DNA of 64,000 nucleotides, taken from NCBI GenBank assembly GCA_041674405.1, contig JBAYVT010000002.1, positions 23,158 to 87,157 on the forward strand, given 5' to 3'. The stretch comes from Patescibacteria group bacterium (GTDB taxonomy: Bacteria > Patescibacteriota > UBA1384 > XYA2-FULL-43-10). A model generated the notes under the pieces. The model searched no databases. It saw only the letters and a program-made list of their open reading frames with translations, and had not been told where the DNA came from. Numbering within the stretch: position 1 is the first letter of the stretch; each line of letters opens with the position of its first letter. Below, piece by piece: positions 61,124 to 64,000 of the stretch. The position numbers and the translations under genes are program-made.

Positions 61124-62032
61124 TTATTTAAGGTATTTCTTAACGGCAACAATCGAACATACAGCGCCAAGTATAACACCAACGGCAAATTGCAAAAATA
61201 TTACCAATCCGAAACTGACCCCAAGATAGCCTTGCCCCATATCAAAACCGCCGAGATAATTTCTAGCAACAGGAATTGTGATTTGAAAAGCCAAATACAA
61301 AAGCAGAGACGCAATTATGGTGGCAGCGATACCATACGCTATACCATCAACTATAAATGGACCGCGGATATACCAATCCGTCGCCCCCACAAGCTTCATG
61401 ATTTCTATTTCTTCCGATCGTGCAAATATTGTTAAGCGGATCGTATTGTAAATAACCAAAACAGAGATCAAGGCAAAAACCAAAGAAAGGCTCCAACCAG
61501 CGATATTCACAAAAGTAGTTATCCTGATAAGTTTGTCGATTAAATCTTTATTTTTGCGGTAAGATAATTCTTTGATCAACGGAGTGTATTCCTGGCTGGA
61601 AAGAAAAGAGTCAATTTTATCCAGATCCTGCGGATCTTCCGTTTTAATCTCTAAACTCCTGGGAAGCGGATTGTCGGCCTGATTGACAATATTTTTGATG
61701 TTTTCATTGTCTTTATTTCTCTCTTGCCAGATTCGCAATGCTTCTTCTTTTGAAACGTAATCTACCGATGTTACCTCCGGCCTGGCACGAATGACTTTTT
61801 GAAGCGCAGTAACCTGATCTTCAGTTGCAGAATCTTGAATATAGGCGACCATGTCGATCCTGTCTTTCAGGTTTTCCGCCATTTTATTTGTGATCACAGA
61901 AAGCGACGCAAATATCGAGATCGTGATAAGCGTAATTACCATAATCAAGGTTGAAGCAAGCGAAAGCCAGCGATTCCGCCAGAGTGAAATCAGAGATGTT
62001 TTAAATATTCGATATATTGTGAGGGTAAACAT
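61124..62032 (-). CDS. ftsX: cell division permease-like protein FtsX
   Basis: 4-TM topology with a large periplasmic loop. Adjacent to ftsE. Confidence 0.8.
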   Translation of the reverse strand: MFTLTIYRIFKTSLISLWRNRWLSLASTLIMVITLITISIFASLSVITNKMAENLKDRIDMVAYIQDSATEDQVTALQKVIRARPEVTSVDYVSKEEALRIWQERNKDNENIKNIVNQADNPLPRSLEIKTEDPQDLDKIDSFLSSQEYTPLIKELSYRKNKDLIDKLIRITTFVNIAGWSLSLVFALISVLVIYNTIRLTIFARSEEIEIMKLVGATDWYIRGPFIVDGIAYGIAATIIASLLLYLAFQITIPVARNYLGGFDMGQGYLGVSFGLVIFLQFAVGVILGAVCSIVAVKKYLK

Positions 62033-62123
62033 ATGTTTCCTTAACCAGTTAAAAAGTTAAAAGTAAAAATTAGTTCAATGCTTAATAATTTTTTACTTGT
62101 AATTTTGAATTTTGATTTTCAAA

Positions 62124-63005
62124 TTAAAGAACGTACTTACCATGTGCCTGGTCCGCCACGATTTTTCCGTCACGCATGGTGATAACCCTCCTCTGCAGAG
62201 CATCAACCACTTCTTTGTCGTGCGTTGCGAGAAGCACGATAGTTCCCTGTCGATTGATTTTGAACAAAAGCTCAATAATTTCCCATGTAGTTACAGGGTC
62301 CAAGTTACCAGTGGGCTCATCAGCGATTAAAAGCCTTGGCTTATGCACAAGCGCTCTTGCGATCGAAACACGCTGTTTTTCACCACCTGATAATTCTTCA
62401 GATAGAGCCTTAATTCTCGAAGTCAATCCGACAATTTCAATAATTTTTGGTACTTTGTCTTCGATTTCTGCCCTGGTCGCCCCAGCCACCTCTAGAGCAA
62501 AAGCGACATTTTCATATACGGTCTTTTTTGGAAGCAATTTGAAATCTTGAAATATCACCCCGACCTTTCTGCGATAATAAGGTAAATCCCTTTTTTTAAG
62601 CTGCAAGATGTCTCGGCCGGCAACGATAATTCGTCCCGAAGTCGGATCTTCTTCTCTCGTCAAAAGCCTGATCAGGGTCGATTTGCCAGCCCCGGATGGC
62701 CCAACCAAAGATATGAATTCACCTAAAAAAACTTTGAAGGATACATCGTCCACTGCAACAATATTGCCAGGATAAGTCTTGCACACATTGATAAATTCAA
62801 TCACTGCTTCTGGTGAATTTTTTTTGGCTTTATTGCCTGGATCTGATTTTTTTTCATCAACAGAATCATTTTCTGGAACGTCTTTGGGCGGTTTAGGCAT
62901 CAGATCTTGTCCTTCAGGCTTCTCTGAGGATTTATCATGAGGCGCTTTTGTTTGAGTCTCGGAATCTGCCTTTTTATCAATTTTTGGTTTCAAAATATCC
63001 TGCAT
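62124..63005 (-). CDS. ftsE: cell division ATP-binding protein FtsE with a ~60-aa Lys/Pro/Asp-rich N-terminal extension
   Basis: GPSGAGKSTLIRLL, LSGGEKQRV, LLIADEPTGNLD. Confidence 0.85.
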   Translation of the reverse strand: MQDILKPKIDKKADSETQTKAPHDKSSEKPEGQDLMPKPPKDVPENDSVDEKKSDPGNKAKKNSPEAVIEFINVCKTYPGNIVAVDDVSFKVFLGEFISLVGPSGAGKSTLIRLLTREEDPTSGRIIVAGRDILQLKKRDLPYYRRKVGVIFQDFKLLPKKTVYENVAFALEVAGATRAEIEDKVPKIIEIVGLTSRIKALSEELSGGEKQRVSIARALVHKPRLLIADEPTGNLDPVTTWEIIELLFKINRQGTIVLLATHDKEVVDALQRRVITMRDGKIVADQAHGKYVL

Positions 63006-63006
63006 A

Positions 63007-64000
63007 TTATCCCATTAATTTTGTTAAATCAGTACCGATCATCTCCCCTGGCATTGCAATCTCCATGACAGATAAAATTGTGGAGGCAACATCGGCAAGA
63101 ATCCCCGTCGGTCCTTCAGAAGAATATTTTATCAAATCTTCATGCTTGAATAAAATATCGTTACTAAATAAAAGTGGCTTTTTCAAAAAATCCATTGAAA
63201 CAAAGGGTACGGGATTGGTCGTATGTTCTTTGTTTACCTCACCCGTGATCGGGTCAATCATATTTTCACAATTTCCATGATCAGCCGTAAGAAATACAAA
63301 ATATCCATTTTCCGATGCTTTCAAAAGCATTTTTTTAAGACAAGAGTCAATCGCCTCGCATGCTTTTACCGATGCCCCAAGCATTCCTGTGTGCCCAACC
63401 ATGTCCCCGTTTGCAAAATTCACAAGTATGAAGTCTTCCTTTGCTGACAGGGCAGAAATAACTTTTTCGCTCACGCCAGAAGCCGACATTTCAGGTTTTT
63501 TATCATATGTTGGCACTTTTGGAGATGGCACGACTATATCATTCTCGTTTTTGTGCGGCTTTTCTACCCCACCATTGAAAAAATAAGTCACATGAGGATA
63601 CTTTTCAGTCTCAGCAGTATGAAATTGCTTAAGCCCAGACTCGGAAATAATGTCAGAAAAGGTATTTTTTAGATTTGTAGGCTTAAAAATTACCGGTAGG
63701 CCATACCTTGCATCATATTCTGTCATTGTAGCGATATTAAGCGGCGTAATTTTGTTTCGGCGAAAACCATTAAATTCAAAACTTGAGAAGGCCTCGAGGA
63801 GTTGGCGAACGCGATCTACGCGAAAATTGTAGAAAATTATCGTGTCACCGTGCTCGATCAAACCAGTTTTATCTATTACGCAAGGCTCAATAAACTCGTC
63901 AAATATCTGATTATCATAACTATCCTTGATCGCCTCAAGAACCGAAGAAAATTCTTTCCCCTTCCCTTCGGTCATCAGGCGATAAGCTTTTTCGGTACGT
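63007..64000 (-). CDS. gpmI: second, divergent 2,3-bisphosphoglycerate-independent phosphoglycerate mutase; C-terminal two thirds, N-terminus off-window
   Basis: ADHGNCE, FANGDMVGHTG and TAETEKYPHVTYFFNGG. The reading frame stays open through position 64000. Confidence 0.8.
   Translation of the reverse strand, partial: RTEKAYRLMTEGKGKEFSSVLEAIKDSYDNQIFDEFIEPCVIDKTGLIEHGDTIIFYNFRVDRVRQLLEAFSSFEFNGFRRNKITPLNIATMTEYDARYGLPVIFKPTNLKNTFSDIISESGLKQFHTAETEKYPHVTYFFNGGVEKPHKNENDIVVPSPKVPTYDKKPEMSASGVSEKVISALSAKEDFILVNFANGDMVGHTGMLGASVKACEAIDSCLKKMLLKASENGYFVFLTADHGNCENMIDPITGEVNKEHTTNPVPFVSMDFLKKPLLFSNDILFKHEDLIKYSSEGPTGILADVASTILSVMEIAMPGEMIGTDLTKLMG

Overview
This is a low-GC (~35-40% by eye), gene-dense, mostly minus-strand bacterial chromosomal window in the reduced-genome style of Patescibacteria/CPR organisms. 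The standard genetic code is used (TGA acts as a stop in the ATGA overlaps). The core content is housekeeping: glycolysis (eno, two divergent iPGM copies, pfkB-like kinase, fba, pgk, gap, tpiA), cell wall (ddl, a murF-like ligase), proteostasis (clpP, tig, htrA, htpX, rseP, ctpA), translation (rpsB-tsf-frr with no pyrH, rpmE, prfA-prmC, rplI, proS, gatCAB) and replication/repair (ligA, a uvrC-like gene). It also carries a group-3b-like [NiFe] hydrogenase operon, hydBGD-(kinase-like)-hydA, with a distal hypC. There is one tRNA-Ile(GAU), preceded by a GC-rich structured RNA I could not assign. The most anomalous feature is a ~1.25 kb GC-rich, opposite-strand two-gene island between purF and ligA, with a near-consensus sigma70 promoter, an AGGAGG SD and its own terminators. 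Both its proteins are unrecognisable. A second small GC-rich patch lies at 15.9-16.1 kb (a 50-aa ORF plus a perfect hairpin). Other notable items are a SET-domain gene followed by a 56-aa, 12-Cys micro-protein, a Mur ligase whose N-terminus is a membrane anchor, and a NiFe large subunit that ends exactly at the DPCxxCxxH histidine. No CRISPR array, rRNA or obvious transposase was seen.
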